This document shows, in pieces, positions 19,753-29,400 of a DNA stretch of 64,000 nucleotides (its first letter is position 1; the number at the start of each line of letters is the position of its first letter). A program made the translations under genes and the position numbers. Location: NCBI GenBank assembly GCA_026391675.1, contig JAPLDQ010000009.1, positions 4,436 through 68,435 of the forward strand, read 5' to 3'. The notes below the pieces were generated by a model. That model worked only from the letters and a program-made list of their open reading frames with translations. It was not told the origin of the DNA and did not search any database. Source of the DNA: Bacteroidota bacterium. Lineage in GTDB: Bacteria; Bacteroidota; Bacteroidia; Bacteroidales; JACABE01.

Positions 19753-21411
19753 CTATTTTAAATTAGTATTTAATTTAATTTTCATACCTAATTTCACATC
19801 CAGATAGTCATTGGCTGTTACTTTTACAATTTGAGCCGGATAGGAGGGAGAATACAATATTGCTTTAATCAGTATCTTAGTTGCTTTCTGGATCTTAATA
19901 ATACGGTTTCTTCCCAGAGTATAATCACTAAGTTTATAGGTAGGAGCAATAACATTATAGTTAACAGGATCTATTACTCCGGCATTAATAATATTCTGAT
20001 TATCAGTTACCAGCGAATCCAATGCATTATACATGCTGTCAACAAAATAAATCTGTATTTTTCCATTTAACGGGAAAGCATTCCAGGTATTAATCCTGAA
20101 AGTTGCTTCAGAAATATTATCGGCATTATCCATTTTAAAAGGCTTCTCATCTGTATATTTAAATCCACCGACTTTTCCTTTTAATGGAAGATTAACATTA
20201 ATGTCAACGGAAAATTTACTGGTATCAATTACAAAATTGGTAGCCGCCGGATTATTTACAGGATTTAAATTACCTGTAATCTGGAAATAAAGTTTCTTCG
20301 GTGATATGTTCATGGCTTGTGCCAGATCAGAACTTATTGTTTTTGGAATAATTGTTGTAATAGTTTGACCAATCTGATTTATTAAAGGATAATCTACACT
20401 GAAAGGATTTGTAGCCGGGAAATCGTAAACCCATTTATTCTGGCTGCCATTTTGTGCCTGAAAATTATCAACTTTTATAGAAACAGGTAAACCAAAAGAG
20501 TTGTATATTTTTGCACCAACTTCAATCTTATCAAATTCAAACATACCTTCATACTGATTTGCATTTAATGATAAATCTGTTGTGTCAAGTTCTGGAAAAG
20601 AATATTGTCCAATATAGCCTATCAGTTTATCATATTTGATATCAGTAATAAAACTGTTTAATTTTGTATGATATGAGGCTAAATTTGCATTTCCTTCACC
20701 ATATATTGTATGTGCATAACTTAATACTACTTCATTTTTATGCCCTGATGTATTGTTAAATCTGATTTTAAAGCCATCCATATTAATAGTTTGAATGACT
20801 GGCTGAGTTGTATCAGAACCAGCAGGACGAGGATAATCGATAATAATTTCTTCGCTGAAGCTTTGTCCGTCAGGTTTTATAATATTTGGCGAGCTGACAA
20901 CAAATTTGGTTTTATGGTTGAAATTTGTAGTTATATTAATATTTAAAGTAGCAGTTTTTACATACACGCTGTCTAATCGCTGATTCTTAGTTGGATCAGG
21001 CATGTCAAACGAAAAAGGTTTTGTAAATGAAAAAAACAGAGAGCTTCCATTTGCGATAGGTGGTAATGCTACATCTGTTGTATCAGTATATATAGTTTGA
21101 TCAGGAATTATAAAAAGATCTCTTGCATACTTTGATTTTAAGTCTTTTGTATTATAAACCAGAAAGATGGAATTATCAGTCGAATTTACCTGTATAATTG
21201 AAGTATCATTAAGTAAATCTTTTAAAGTCATTCTTGAACTAATAAAAGGTGCTGCCCATGATACATCAAATGGGTTTTTCACAATTTTGTCGAATTCAAA
21301 ATCACCTTCCTTAACGCAAGATATAATAAAAATTGAGGATAGCAATGCGGCAAGAAAAACATATTTTGTCTTATGTTTAAATAAAAAAACAAGACGTTTA
21401 GTTTTTTTCAT
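19753..21411 (-). CDS. Hypothetical lipoprotein (552 aa), no recognisable family
   Basis: Lipoprotein-type signal (…LSSIFIISC|VKEG). 17-nt gap to the downstream OmpA-fusion gene. Confidence 0.75.
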   Translation of the reverse strand: MKKTKRLVFLFKHKTKYVFLAALLSSIFIISCVKEGDFEFDKIVKNPFDVSWAAPFISSRMTLKDLLNDTSIIQVNSTDNSIFLVYNTKDLKSKYARDLFIIPDQTIYTDTTDVALPPIANGSSLFFSFTKPFSFDMPDPTKNQRLDSVYVKTATLNINITTNFNHKTKFVVSSPNIIKPDGQSFSEEIIIDYPRPAGSDTTQPVIQTINMDGFKIRFNNTSGHKNEVVLSYAHTIYGEGNANLASYHTKLNSFITDIKYDKLIGYIGQYSFPELDTTDLSLNANQYEGMFEFDKIEVGAKIYNSFGLPVSIKVDNFQAQNGSQNKWVYDFPATNPFSVDYPLINQIGQTITTIIPKTISSDLAQAMNISPKKLYFQITGNLNPVNNPAATNFVIDTSKFSVDINVNLPLKGKVGGFKYTDEKPFKMDNADNISEATFRINTWNAFPLNGKIQIYFVDSMYNALDSLVTDNQNIINAGVIDPVNYNVIAPTYKLSDYTLGRNRIIKIQKATKILIKAILYSPSYPAQIVKVTANDYLDVKLGMKIKLNTNLK

Positions 21412-21519
21412 ATAAAAATTATTTATAGATTTTTAAAATAAATTTTAATAAACAGTAAATGAGAATATTAAACACACAATTAAAAGTGTATTTAATGTTA
21501 TTAAAATAGAAAACTTAAA

Positions 21520-22146
21520 TTATTTAGTTTTTTCTACTTTTATTTCGTCGTGATAAGGCAGTTTCTTTAAGATTTTTTCGATAAGTTCTTTTTCAATAAA
21601 AAGATGGTTTTTGTCAGCATTTTCACTGGCAATATCATAAAATTCCCATAATAATAAACCACTTTTATCAAAAATTGAGACCTTTAAATCAACTGTATTT
21701 TTAACTTTTTCATTAAAAGTCTGAGATGATTTATAGAAATAAATTACAATAGTTGCATCGGCTTCGCAAAATTTTGCTATTTCATCCTTCGCAGTTTTAA
21801 TAATATTGTAATAATTGACTTTATTAGCAGCCAACATGGTATTGGTTTTCCTTACATCCTGTATCTGACAGGATAATTTTTCTTTCTGGGCTCCTTGTAA
21901 ATAAGAGGCATAAAAATAATCCTGAAGTAACATAGATTCGCTTTCATGTAATTTATCCAGATCTTCAACGATTAAATCGCGTGGCATATTTTTAGGATCT
22001 AAGGAAATTATAATTGGTACAACAGCAACTATTTTATGATTTTTTTGATAACTCATAAAATCATCGATTTTGTATGCTTTCTGACTGAAAGTGCTGGTAA
22101 AAGAAGCAATAAACAATACAATAAAAAGTAATTTTGAAATTTTCAT
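21520..22146 (-). CDS. Hypothetical secreted protein (208 aa)
   Basis: Signal peptide MKISKLLFIVLFIASFTSTFSQ. GGAGGAA 6 nt upstream of the ATG. TATATTTG box at 22196-22203. Confidence 0.7.
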   Translation of the reverse strand: MKISKLLFIVLFIASFTSTFSQKAYKIDDFMSYQKNHKIVAVVPIIISLDPKNMPRDLIVEDLDKLHESESMLLQDYFYASYLQGAQKEKLSCQIQDVRKTNTMLAANKVNYYNIIKTAKDEIAKFCEADATIVIYFYKSSQTFNEKVKNTVDLKVSIFDKSGLLLWEFYDIASENADKNHLFIEKELIEKILKKLPYHDEIKVEKTK

Positions 22147-22232
22147 AAATGGTTCCTCCGTGTTAATTATGATTAAAAAATTAAATAATAATTAACAAAT
22201 ATAATATAATACAGAGTAAAAAACCAAATTTT

Positions 22233-23234
22233 TTATAAATTATTTGAATTTAATTGCTTCCAGATTAGATCTTTTAAAGCCTGAAGCCCATAACCGGTTA
22301 TGGAAGAGATAAATACATAAGGGATGTTGCGTGGAAGTTCTTTTCTCATTGCAGTTATCAGCTCTTCATCTGCTAAATCGCATTTAGTAATAGCTAATAT
22401 TCTGCTTTTATCCATTAATTCGGGGTTGTATTTTTTTAATTCGTTGGCCAGAATTTTATAATCTTTTTTAATATCATTGCTATCGGCCGGAACCATAAAT
22501 AACAATATGGAATTTCTTTCAATATGTCTTAAAAATCTTAATCCCAGCCCTTTTCCTTCCGCAGCACCTTCTATAATTCCCGGAATATCAGCCATTATAA
22601 AAGATTTTTCGTCATAATATTTTACAATGCCAAGATTAGGCTTAAGTGTAGTAAAAGGATAATCTGCAATTTCAGGTTTAGCAGAAGAAACAACGGATAA
22701 TAATGTTGATTTGCCGGCATTTGGGAATCCAACCAGACCAACGTCTGCTAATAATTTTAATTCAAGTATTTTCCAGCCTTCAGTAGCCTCTTCACCGGGT
22801 TGTGCATATTGCGGTGACTGATTTGTTGATGATTTAAAATGATCATTTCCGAGTCCTCCGCGACCACCTTTCATCATAATTACTTCTTGTCCGTGTTCGG
22901 TAACCTCAAACTCAATTTCTTCAGTTTCGGCATCACGAACTACGGTTCCAAGTGGTACTTCAATATAAATATCTTTACCCTGTGCTCCTGTGCTCAGACT
23001 TTCGCTTCCACTCTGACCGTTTTCACCATGTATATGTTTGGTATATTTTAAATGCAGCAATGTCCATAATTGTTGATTACCTTTCAGGATAATATGAGAT
23101 CCCCTGCCACCATCACCGCCATCAGGTCCGCCGTGAGGGCTGATTTTAGAACGATGGTAATGATGTGAACCGGCTCCGCCTTTTCCTGAACGACAAAAAA
23201 TCTTTACATAATCCACAAAATTCGAACTTGCCAT
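22233..23234 (-). CDS. obg: GTPase Obg/CgtA
   Basis: Gly-rich Obg fold ([12 protein letters not shown]...[12 protein letters not shown]-like) followed by G1 [10 protein letters not shown]3 DIPG, G4 TKCD. Confidence 0.95.
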   Translation of the reverse strand: MASSNFVDYVKIFCRSGKGGAGSHHYHRSKISPHGGPDGGDGGRGSHIILKGNQQLWTLLHLKYTKHIHGENGQSGSESLSTGAQGKDIYIEVPLGTVVRDAETEEIEFEVTEHGQEVIMMKGGRGGLGNDHFKSSTNQSPQYAQPGEEATEGWKILELKLLADVGLVGFPNAGKSTLLSVVSSAKPEIADYPFTTLKPNLGIVKYYDEKSFIMADIPGIIEGAAEGKGLGLRFLRHIERNSILLFMVPADSNDIKKDYKILANELKKYNPELMDKSRILAITKCDLADEELITAMRKELPRNIPYVFISSITGYGLQALKDLIWKQLNSNNL

Positions 23235-23238
23235 TATC

Positions 23239-23820
23239 TTACTTTCTATTTTTTATTTTATCAATTATGCTTTCAATATTTTGAAAAACATCTGTTACAG
23301 GAGCCATTCCACTTACAATATGAAGTTTTTTCTGCTTTCTATAATAATCTATCAAAGGTACGGTTTGTTTTTTATATACTTCAATTCTTTTTCGAATAGT
23401 TTCAGAATTATCATCGCTTCGGTGTGAATCTAAGGAACGGTTTAATATCCGGTTAAATAATTCTTCTTCATCCACTTCCAATTGAAGCACTAAAGCTATT
23501 TTTGATTTTTTATGCTGTAAAATTTCATCCAGATATTCAGCCTGAAAAAGAGTACGGGGAAATCCGTCAAAAAGCAAACCTTTTGATTTGTTTTTTTTCA
23601 GTGCAGCAACAAATATTTCCCTCATAATAATATCGTCAGGTACTAAATAACCTCTGTCGATGAACTTTTTAACTACATCACCGATTGCCGTGTGTAACTC
23701 AACTTCTTCCCTAAGCATATCACCGGTTGAAATATGCGATAATCCATATTTTTCTATAATATGGGCTGACTGTGTACCTTTGCCACAACCAGGGGCTCCT
23801 AAAATAATAATATTAAACAT
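23239..23820 (-). CDS. adk: Adenylate kinase, short-LID type (single domain)
   Basis: P-loop [14 protein letters not shown] site [35 protein letters not shown]. Confidence 0.9.
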   Translation of the reverse strand: MFNIIILGAPGCGKGTQSAHIIEKYGLSHISTGDMLREEVELHTAIGDVVKKFIDRGYLVPDDIIMREIFVAALKKNKSKGLLFDGFPRTLFQAEYLDEILQHKKSKIALVLQLEVDEEELFNRILNRSLDSHRSDDNSETIRKRIEVYKKQTVPLIDYYRKQKKLHIVSGMAPVTDVFQNIESIIDKIKNRK

Positions 23821-23825
23821 GTTAA

Positions 23826-24995
23826 TTATCTTATTTTTTTCATTATACCTTCAACTGCAACACATAAACGTTGAAATACTTCATCTTCAGGGCCTTCGCC
23901 ACTAATTGAAGAGAATTTATTTTGTTTCTGATAATACTCGGCAACTTTTGGTGCTTTTTTCTCATACACTTCCAAACGGTGAACAATAATTTCAGGGTCT
24001 AAATCATAAACCCTTGCCGATTTGGTTTTAGCTCTTGCCGAAAGACGTTTGATGGATTGCAGTGTTGTTGAAGTTATCTCCAGCATCCCCGTGGCTGAAG
24101 AACCCAATCTTTGCAATAAACCATCAAGTATGTATGCCTGAACTATACTACTTGGATAGCCTTTGAAAATAAATCCTTTTGCATTCGGATTCATTTTGAT
24201 TTTGCCTTCAATAAGTCTGATGGCAATTTCATCAGGTACTATATCGCCTTTATCCATGTATTCTTTGGCAATTTTCCCCATATCGGTATCATTCTCGATT
24301 TCTTTGCGCAACAGTTCACCTGTGGAAATATAAACCAGATTATACTTTTCGGCTAATTTTTTAGCCTGAGTACCTTTGCCTCCTCCCGGAGGTCCGAATA
24401 GTACTATGTTTAACCATACACTTTCAAGGTTTTTCTCTATAGCCTTACTAAGCCGTTTGAATATATCTTCAATTTTACCCACTCCATTAATTGGGAATAA
24501 TTTTTTCTTTTCCTGATAAAACTGTGCAACAGGTATAGTTTTATTTTTATATTCCTCTAACCTGAATCTGATAATATCTTCTTTATCGTCAGTCCTGCCT
24601 GATGTTTTACCTCTTTCAAGCATACGTTTGATAAGTTCTTCTTCCGGAACTTCAATACTCAGCATACATAATAATGAAGTATTCATTTTTAATAGTAAAC
24701 CTTCGAGTATATAAGCCTGAACTACTGTTCTTGGAAAACCGTCAAATAAAATTCCATTTGAATCAGTATTTGCCATTATCCGGTTTTCAAGTATCTGAAC
24801 GATTATTTCATCTGTGACTAATTCTCCTTTACTGATAACTTCTTTTGCTTCCATGCCAAGCGGTGTTCCTTCTGCAATTTCCAATCGAAGAATATCACCG
24901 GTAGCAATATATGTGAGATTATATTTATCAATTAATGCTTGTGATTGGGTACCTTTACCGGCACCAGGAGGTCCGAACAGTGCAATATTCAACAT
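23826..24995 (-). CDS. Tandem two-domain adenylate kinase fusion (canonical AK domain + divergent AK-like domain)
   Basis: Domain 1: GPPGAGKGTQS, TGDILR, DGFPRT, GRTDDKEDIIRFRLEEY. Domain 2 (from about residue 195): GPPGGGKGTQA, TGELLR, but KGYPSS in place of DGFPRT and SARVYDLDPEIIVHRLEVY in place of GRTDD... Confidence 0.85.
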   Translation of the reverse strand: MLNIALFGPPGAGKGTQSQALIDKYNLTYIATGDILRLEIAEGTPLGMEAKEVISKGELVTDEIIVQILENRIMANTDSNGILFDGFPRTVVQAYILEGLLLKMNTSLLCMLSIEVPEEELIKRMLERGKTSGRTDDKEDIIRFRLEEYKNKTIPVAQFYQEKKKLFPINGVGKIEDIFKRLSKAIEKNLESVWLNIVLFGPPGGGKGTQAKKLAEKYNLVYISTGELLRKEIENDTDMGKIAKEYMDKGDIVPDEIAIRLIEGKIKMNPNAKGFIFKGYPSSIVQAYILDGLLQRLGSSATGMLEITSTTLQSIKRLSARAKTKSARVYDLDPEIIVHRLEVYEKKAPKVAEYYQKQNKFSSISGEGPEDEVFQRLCVAVEGIMKKIR

Positions 24996-25013
24996 AAATT
25001 ATCAGGTTTAAGT

Positions 25014-25547
25014 TTATACTATTTTATATATATCGGGTAAATTTCTGGCAAATCCATCATAGTCAAGTCCGTATCCTACAATAAAATCGTTGGGAATCTC
25101 AATAGCAACATAGTCAATTGTGTATTCTTTATCGTATTTATCTGGTTTTAACAGCAAAGAGGCAATTTTAATATCGGCAACCTCATATTTCTTCAGTTCT
25201 TTTATCATGTATTCAATTGTAATTCCTGTATCAACAATATCTTCAACCAAAATGATATCTCTGCCTTTTATATCCTGATTGATACCAATTAAATGTTTTA
25301 CACTTTCTGTTGATGAGGTTCCGCTATAAGATGATAGTTTAACAAAGGAAATTTCACAATTTATATTTAATCCTTTGAATAAATCTGATGCGAACATAAA
25401 GGCACCATTCAACACTACTATAAATAAAGGATTTTTAGCTGCATAATCCCTGTTTATTTGTTGAGCAACTTTATCAACAGCTTTAAGAATTACTTCCGAT
25501 TGAATAAAAATTTCAAATTCTTTATCTTTAACTTTTATCTTATTCAT
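25014..25547 (-). CDS. hpt: Hypoxanthine(-guanine) phosphoribosyltransferase
   Basis: PRPP-binding loop ILVEDIVDTGIT, C-terminal VGYGLDY. 177 aa. Confidence 0.9.
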   Translation of the reverse strand: MNKIKVKDKEFEIFIQSEVILKAVDKVAQQINRDYAAKNPLFIVVLNGAFMFASDLFKGLNINCEISFVKLSSYSGTSSTESVKHLIGINQDIKGRDIILVEDIVDTGITIEYMIKELKKYEVADIKIASLLLKPDKYDKEYTIDYVAIEIPNDFIVGYGLDYDGFARNLPDIYKIV

Positions 25548-25579
25548 TAAATATTTATTTTTACCAAAGATTTATCAAG

Positions 25580-25587
25580 CAAACTTA
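25580..25587 (-). promoter_or_regulatory. -7 box TAAGTTTG for the hpt-adk-adk-obg string
   Basis: Plus strand reads CAAACTTA. 33 nt upstream of the hpt ATG. Confidence 0.4.
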
Positions 25588-25675
25588 CATAATTTTTTGA
25601 ATTATTACAAAAAACTGACAAAATAATTAATTTCAAGGATTTTATAAAAAACTAATAATAAAAACGAAATATAAT

Positions 25676-26179
25676 ATGCAAGCAAAAGTTAGTATTATCA
25701 TGGGAAGCACTTCCGATTTACCCATTATGGAAGCTGCTGCGAAATTTTTAAACGAAATGCAGATACCGTTCGAAATGAATGCTTTATCTGCGCATCGTAC
25801 ACCTGAAAAGGTAATTGAATTTGCAGAAAATGCACATAAAAAAGGGATAAAAGTGATTATTGCAGCCGCCGGTATGGCTGCTCATCTGCCGGGAGTTATA
25901 GCTGCAATTACACCATTACCGGTTATAGGAGTACCTATTAAATCTTCACTGGAAGGGATGGATGCAATTTTATCAATATTACAGATGCCTCCCGGAATTC
26001 CGGTAGCTACTGTGGCGCTTAACGGTGCTCAGAATGCTGCCATTCTTGCATTGGAAATATTAGCAGTAGGAGATGCTGAAATGCTTAAAAAAATGATAGA
26101 TTTTAAAGCAAGTTTAAAGTCAAAAATTACCAAAGCAAATGAAGAACTGGCCAATGTTAAATATGATTATAAGGTCTGA
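25676..26179 (+). CDS. purE: 5-(carboxyamino)imidazole ribonucleotide mutase
   Basis: IIMGSTSDL, SAHRTP, AAGMAAHLPGV, VIGVP. 167 aa. Confidence 0.93.
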   Translation: MQAKVSIIMGSTSDLPIMEAAAKFLNEMQIPFEMNALSAHRTPEKVIEFAENAHKKGIKVIIAAAGMAAHLPGVIAAITPLPVIGVPIKSSLEGMDAILSILQMPPGIPVATVALNGAQNAAILALEILAVGDAEMLKKMIDFKASLKSKITKANEELANVKYDYKV

Positions 26180-26214
26180 TTATTTTAATATAATCTCAGG
26201 TCTGAAAAACAAAA

Positions 26215-26238
26215 AAGCTTGTCAATATTGACAAGCTT
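26215..26238. terminator. Bidirectional rho-independent terminator between purE and tsf
   Basis: AAAAAAGCTTGTCAATATTGACAAGCTTTTT: a palindromic stem (GCTTGTCA / TGACAAGC) flanked by an A-run and a T-run. Confidence 0.8.
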
Positions 26239-26263
26239 TTTCTTTATAAATTAACTGATTATA

Positions 26264-27088
26264 TTAAGCACCTAACATTAATCTTTTAAAAGCTGTTACT
26301 TTTAAATCACTGTCATTGTCTTTAATATATTGTTCAACTGTTTTCTTTCCTTCTTTGATGAAGTCCTGATTTAACAATGTGCTGTCTTTAAAGAATTTGT
26401 TTAATTTACCCTGAGCAATTTGTTCAACCATACTTTCAGGTTTACCTTCCTGGCGGATTAAATCTCTGTAAATTTCAAGTTCTTTTTCAATTACGTCAGC
26501 AGGAACACTGGTTTTATCTATAGCAACAGGTGCCATTGAAGCAATCTGCATAGCGATATCTTTTCCTAAAGTTTCGTTGCATGATTTGCTGAAACCAACA
26601 ATAGTTGCTAAACGTGAACCATGGTGAATATAAGAAACGCACATCGGGCTTTCGATAAAATGATAATGGGCTAACTGAACTTTTTCGCCGGTTTTGCCGG
26701 TTTGATCCGTTAATAAATCAGCAACAGTAATTCCATTGATAGTTAATGCTTTTAATTCGTCTTCTGATTTAGGCATTTTTTCGATAGCTAAATCCAATAT
26801 TGAATTGCAAAAATTAACGAATAATTCGTTTTTTGCTACGAAATCAGTTTCGCAATTGATCATGATGATAGCGGCAAAATTTTTGCTATCATTGGTTTTT
26901 GCTATAACAACACCTTCGTTAGCATCTCTGTCAGCTCTTTTGCTGGCTAATTTCTGTCCTTTTTTTCTCAGGAAATCAATTGCTTTATCAAAATCACCAT
27001 CATTTTCAACCAATGCGTTTTTGCAATCCATCATGCCGGCACCGGTCATTTGTCTTAGTTTGTTTACTTCTGCAGCAGTAATAGCCAT
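26264..27088 (-). CDS. tsf: Translation elongation factor Ts
   Basis: N-terminal UBA-like V.KLRQMTGAGMMDCKNAL, then LRKKG...A.KRA.R.A.EG. Confidence 0.95.
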   Translation of the reverse strand: MAITAAEVNKLRQMTGAGMMDCKNALVENDGDFDKAIDFLRKKGQKLASKRADRDANEGVVIAKTNDSKNFAAIIMINCETDFVAKNELFVNFCNSILDLAIEKMPKSEDELKALTINGITVADLLTDQTGKTGEKVQLAHYHFIESPMCVSYIHHGSRLATIVGFSKSCNETLGKDIAMQIASMAPVAIDKTSVPADVIEKELEIYRDLIRQEGKPESMVEQIAQGKLNKFFKDSTLLNQDFIKEGKKTVEQYIKDNDSDLKVTAFKRLMLGA

Positions 27089-27119
27089 TTTATATAGATA
27101 TTTTTAAAAATTTTTAAAT

Positions 27120-28055
27120 TTATTTAGTTGTAGGTTTCTTTTTTAAAGTTGCAGGTTTTGCAATAGCTTTACGGGGTCTTTTGGTTGCATCACCACTACC
27201 CATAGCTGCATCCTGTTCTTCTTTCATTTTTTTAGCTAAGTTTCTTTTTGCTTCTGCAGCTACTTCGTCTTCATCAACTTCTGTTAATGAATGAATATGT
27301 TTTGTAGTGTCGAAGCTATCTTCAGTTGCATCATCAGCGTCATCAGTAGCTTTCTTGTCTTTATCGAATTTTCTTTCGTTCAAGCCTTCTTCAATAGCAT
27401 TAACAACAGCTTCCAGAATCACATTGATAGATTTTGATGCATCATCATTACCCGGAATAGGAAAATCGATTAAATCAGGATTTGTATTGGTATCAACCAA
27501 TGCAAAAGTTGGGATATTTAAACGTTTTGCTTCTGAAACAGCAATGTGTTCTTTATTGATATCAATGATAAAAATTGCAGAAGGTAAGCGGTTCAAATCA
27601 GAAATACTACCTAAGTTTTTTTCCAGTTTAGCTCTTTCGCGGCTAATCTGAAGTCTTTCTCTTTTTGAAATATCTGTAAAAGATTTATCTGTCATCATTC
27701 TGTCGATAGATGACATTTTTTTAACCGCTTTGCGGATGGTAGCAAAATTGGTTAACATACCTCCCGGCCAACGCTCGGTAACATAAGGCATATTTACTCT
27801 TTTTACCTGTTCGGCAACGATTTCTTTTGCCTGTTTTTTTGTAGCAACAAATAAAATCTTTTTACCTGATTTTGCAATTTGTTTTAAAGCATTGGCAGCT
27901 TCATCAACTTTTGCAACTGTTTTATGTAAATCAATGATATGAATACCATTGCGTTCCATAAAAATATAAGGAGCCATTTTAGGGTTCCATTTTCTTTTAA
28001 GGTGACCAAAATGTACACCTGCATCTAATAACTGATCGAAATTTGTTCTTGGCAT
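27120..28055 (-). CDS. rpsB: 30S ribosomal protein S2 with a charged C-terminal extension of about 60 aa
   Basis: LLDAGVHFGH, RWNPKM, GIHIIDL, VTERWPGGMLTN. Tail DKDKKATDDADDATED...KRPRKAIAKPATLKKKPTTK. Confidence 0.95.
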   Translation of the reverse strand: MPRTNFDQLLDAGVHFGHLKRKWNPKMAPYIFMERNGIHIIDLHKTVAKVDEAANALKQIAKSGKKILFVATKKQAKEIVAEQVKRVNMPYVTERWPGGMLTNFATIRKAVKKMSSIDRMMTDKSFTDISKRERLQISRERAKLEKNLGSISDLNRLPSAIFIIDINKEHIAVSEAKRLNIPTFALVDTNTNPDLIDFPIPGNDDASKSINVILEAVVNAIEEGLNERKFDKDKKATDDADDATEDSFDTTKHIHSLTEVDEDEVAAEAKRNLAKKMKEEQDAAMGSGDATKRPRKAIAKPATLKKKPTTK

Positions 28056-28094
28056 TTAATTATTTTTTTAAATTGTTTACTTTCATTAAAAGAC

Positions 28095-28133
28095 AATTAT
28101 CAAGTAGCCCTTTTGCAAGGAGTCTTGATAATT
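28095..28133 (-). promoter_or_regulatory. Two-tier hairpin between rpsI and rpsB (terminator/attenuator or rpsB leader structure)
   Basis: AATTATCAAG (28095-28104) pairs perfectly with CTTGATAATT (28124-28133). Inner CCTT-ttgc-AAGG. No TAnnTTTG box seen between rpsI and rpsB. Confidence 0.35.
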
Positions 28134-28162
28134 TAGATACTAAACTCTGTTCTATACAAGTC

Positions 28163-28549
28163 TTAACGTTTACTGAACTGGAATTTCTTACGGGCTTTTT
28201 TCTGTCCTGGTTTTTTACGTTCAACCATTCTTGGATCTCTTTTCATTAATCCTTTTGCCTTTAGCGGCGGACGGTTTTCTGCATCAACAATACATAAAGC
28301 ACGGGATATAGCCAAACGGATAGCTTCTGCCTGTCCGGTGATACCACCACCATCCAGATTAGCTTTAATATCAAAACTTCCTTGATTTCCTAAGATTTCG
28401 AAAGGTTGAGTAACGATATATTGCAAAGTACCTGTATTGAAATATTCTTTATAATCTCTATTGTTGATAGTAATTATACCGGTGCCCGGTTTCATGTAAA
28501 TACGTGCAACAGCAGTCTTTCTTCTTCCTATTGTATTTATAATTTCCAT
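28163..28549 (-). CDS. rpsI: 30S ribosomal protein S9
   Basis: GRRK.A.AR, GGG..GQA.A...GI.RAL, C-terminal KKFQFSKR. Confidence 0.95.
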   Translation of the reverse strand: MEIINTIGRRKTAVARIYMKPGTGIITINNRDYKEYFNTGTLQYIVTQPFEILGNQGSFDIKANLDGGGITGQAEAIRLAISRALCIVDAENRPPLKAKGLMKRDPRMVERKKPGQKKARKKFQFSKR

Positions 28550-28550
28550 G

Positions 28551-29006
28551 TTACTTTAATGTGTTAAGTTTAGTTGGTTTTGGAGCTTGTGCCTGATGAG
28601 GATGTTCTGAACCGGCATAAACATATAAATTTTTGTAAAGTGCGCTTCCTAAAGTATTTTTAGGCAACATTCCTTTTACTGCTTTTTCAATAATAGAAAT
28701 AGGTTTGTGTGCCAGTAATTCTTTAGGCGTTGCAAAACGCTGACCACCAGGATAACCGGTGTGACGAACGTAAACTTTCTCAGTCATTTTGTTACCGGTA
28801 AGTTTTACTTTCTCAGCATTAATAACCACTACATTATCACCACAGTCAACATGAGGTGTAAAGCTGGGTTTGTTTTTTCCTCTCAAAACATTGGCGATTT
28901 TTGAAGCCAAACGTCCCAAAACTTCATTTTCAGCATCTATCAGAATCCATTCTTTGCTTACGGTTTCCTTATTTGCTGATACTGTTTTATAACTTAATGT
29001 ATCCAT
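28551..29006 (-). CDS. rplM: 50S ribosomal protein L13
   Basis: W.LIDAE...LGRLAS.IA..LRGK.KP.FTPH.D.GD.V.VINA. 1-nt gap to rpsI. Confidence 0.95.
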   Translation of the reverse strand: MDTLSYKTVSANKETVSKEWILIDAENEVLGRLASKIANVLRGKNKPSFTPHVDCGDNVVVINAEKVKLTGNKMTEKVYVRHTGYPGGQRFATPKELLAHKPISIIEKAVKGMLPKNTLGSALYKNLYVYAGSEHPHQAQAPKPTKLNTLK

Positions 29007-29060
29007 TTGATTGTTTAAATATTTCTTTTTCGCTTATTTACCCTTTTTAAAAAGGGAGTG

Positions 29061-29068
29061 CAAAATTA
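29061..29068 (-). promoter_or_regulatory. -7 box TAATTTTG upstream of rplM
   Basis: Plus strand reads CAAAATTA, 55 nt upstream of the rplM ATG. The palindrome CCCTTTTTAAAAAGGG (29041-29056) lies at the predicted 5' end of the leader. Confidence 0.45.
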
Positions 29069-29357
29069 GTATTTATTTTTAATATAACAAATTTTACCAA
29101 CATAAATTTGTTGATAATCTGAAAAAATAATTTTTAAAAACTAATAAAATTTATTTTCTTTCAAAAAAAACTGTAAATCTTTCCAACCTTTTTTAAAAAA
29201 TTGAGTCTTATTAATATAGACTTTATAACATTTTATTTATTTCCCAAAAAAAGTAATGCAATCCATTTCTTTTTATTTTCAGCGTAACAAAATTAAAAAT
29301 CAAAAATAATTTTATTTTATATTGTTAAATTTTAGTTATTTGTTATTTTAAAAACAG

Positions 29358-29365
29358 TATATTTG
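29358..29365 (+). promoter_or_regulatory. -7 box TATATTTG upstream of the 896-aa T9SS cargo gene
   Basis: Exact TAnnTTTG. Its last G is the first base of the track's GTG start, which argues for the ATG at 29401. Confidence 0.5.
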
Positions 29366-29400
29366 TGAAAACCAAAAATAATCAATTAATACTAATTAAA

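Noticed and set aside
27120-27310. C-terminal charged extension of ribosomal protein S2 as a novelty
   Set aside because: It is low-complexity acidic/basic tail sequence. Such extensions vary widely among bacterial S2 proteins, and nothing here suggests a distinct domain.
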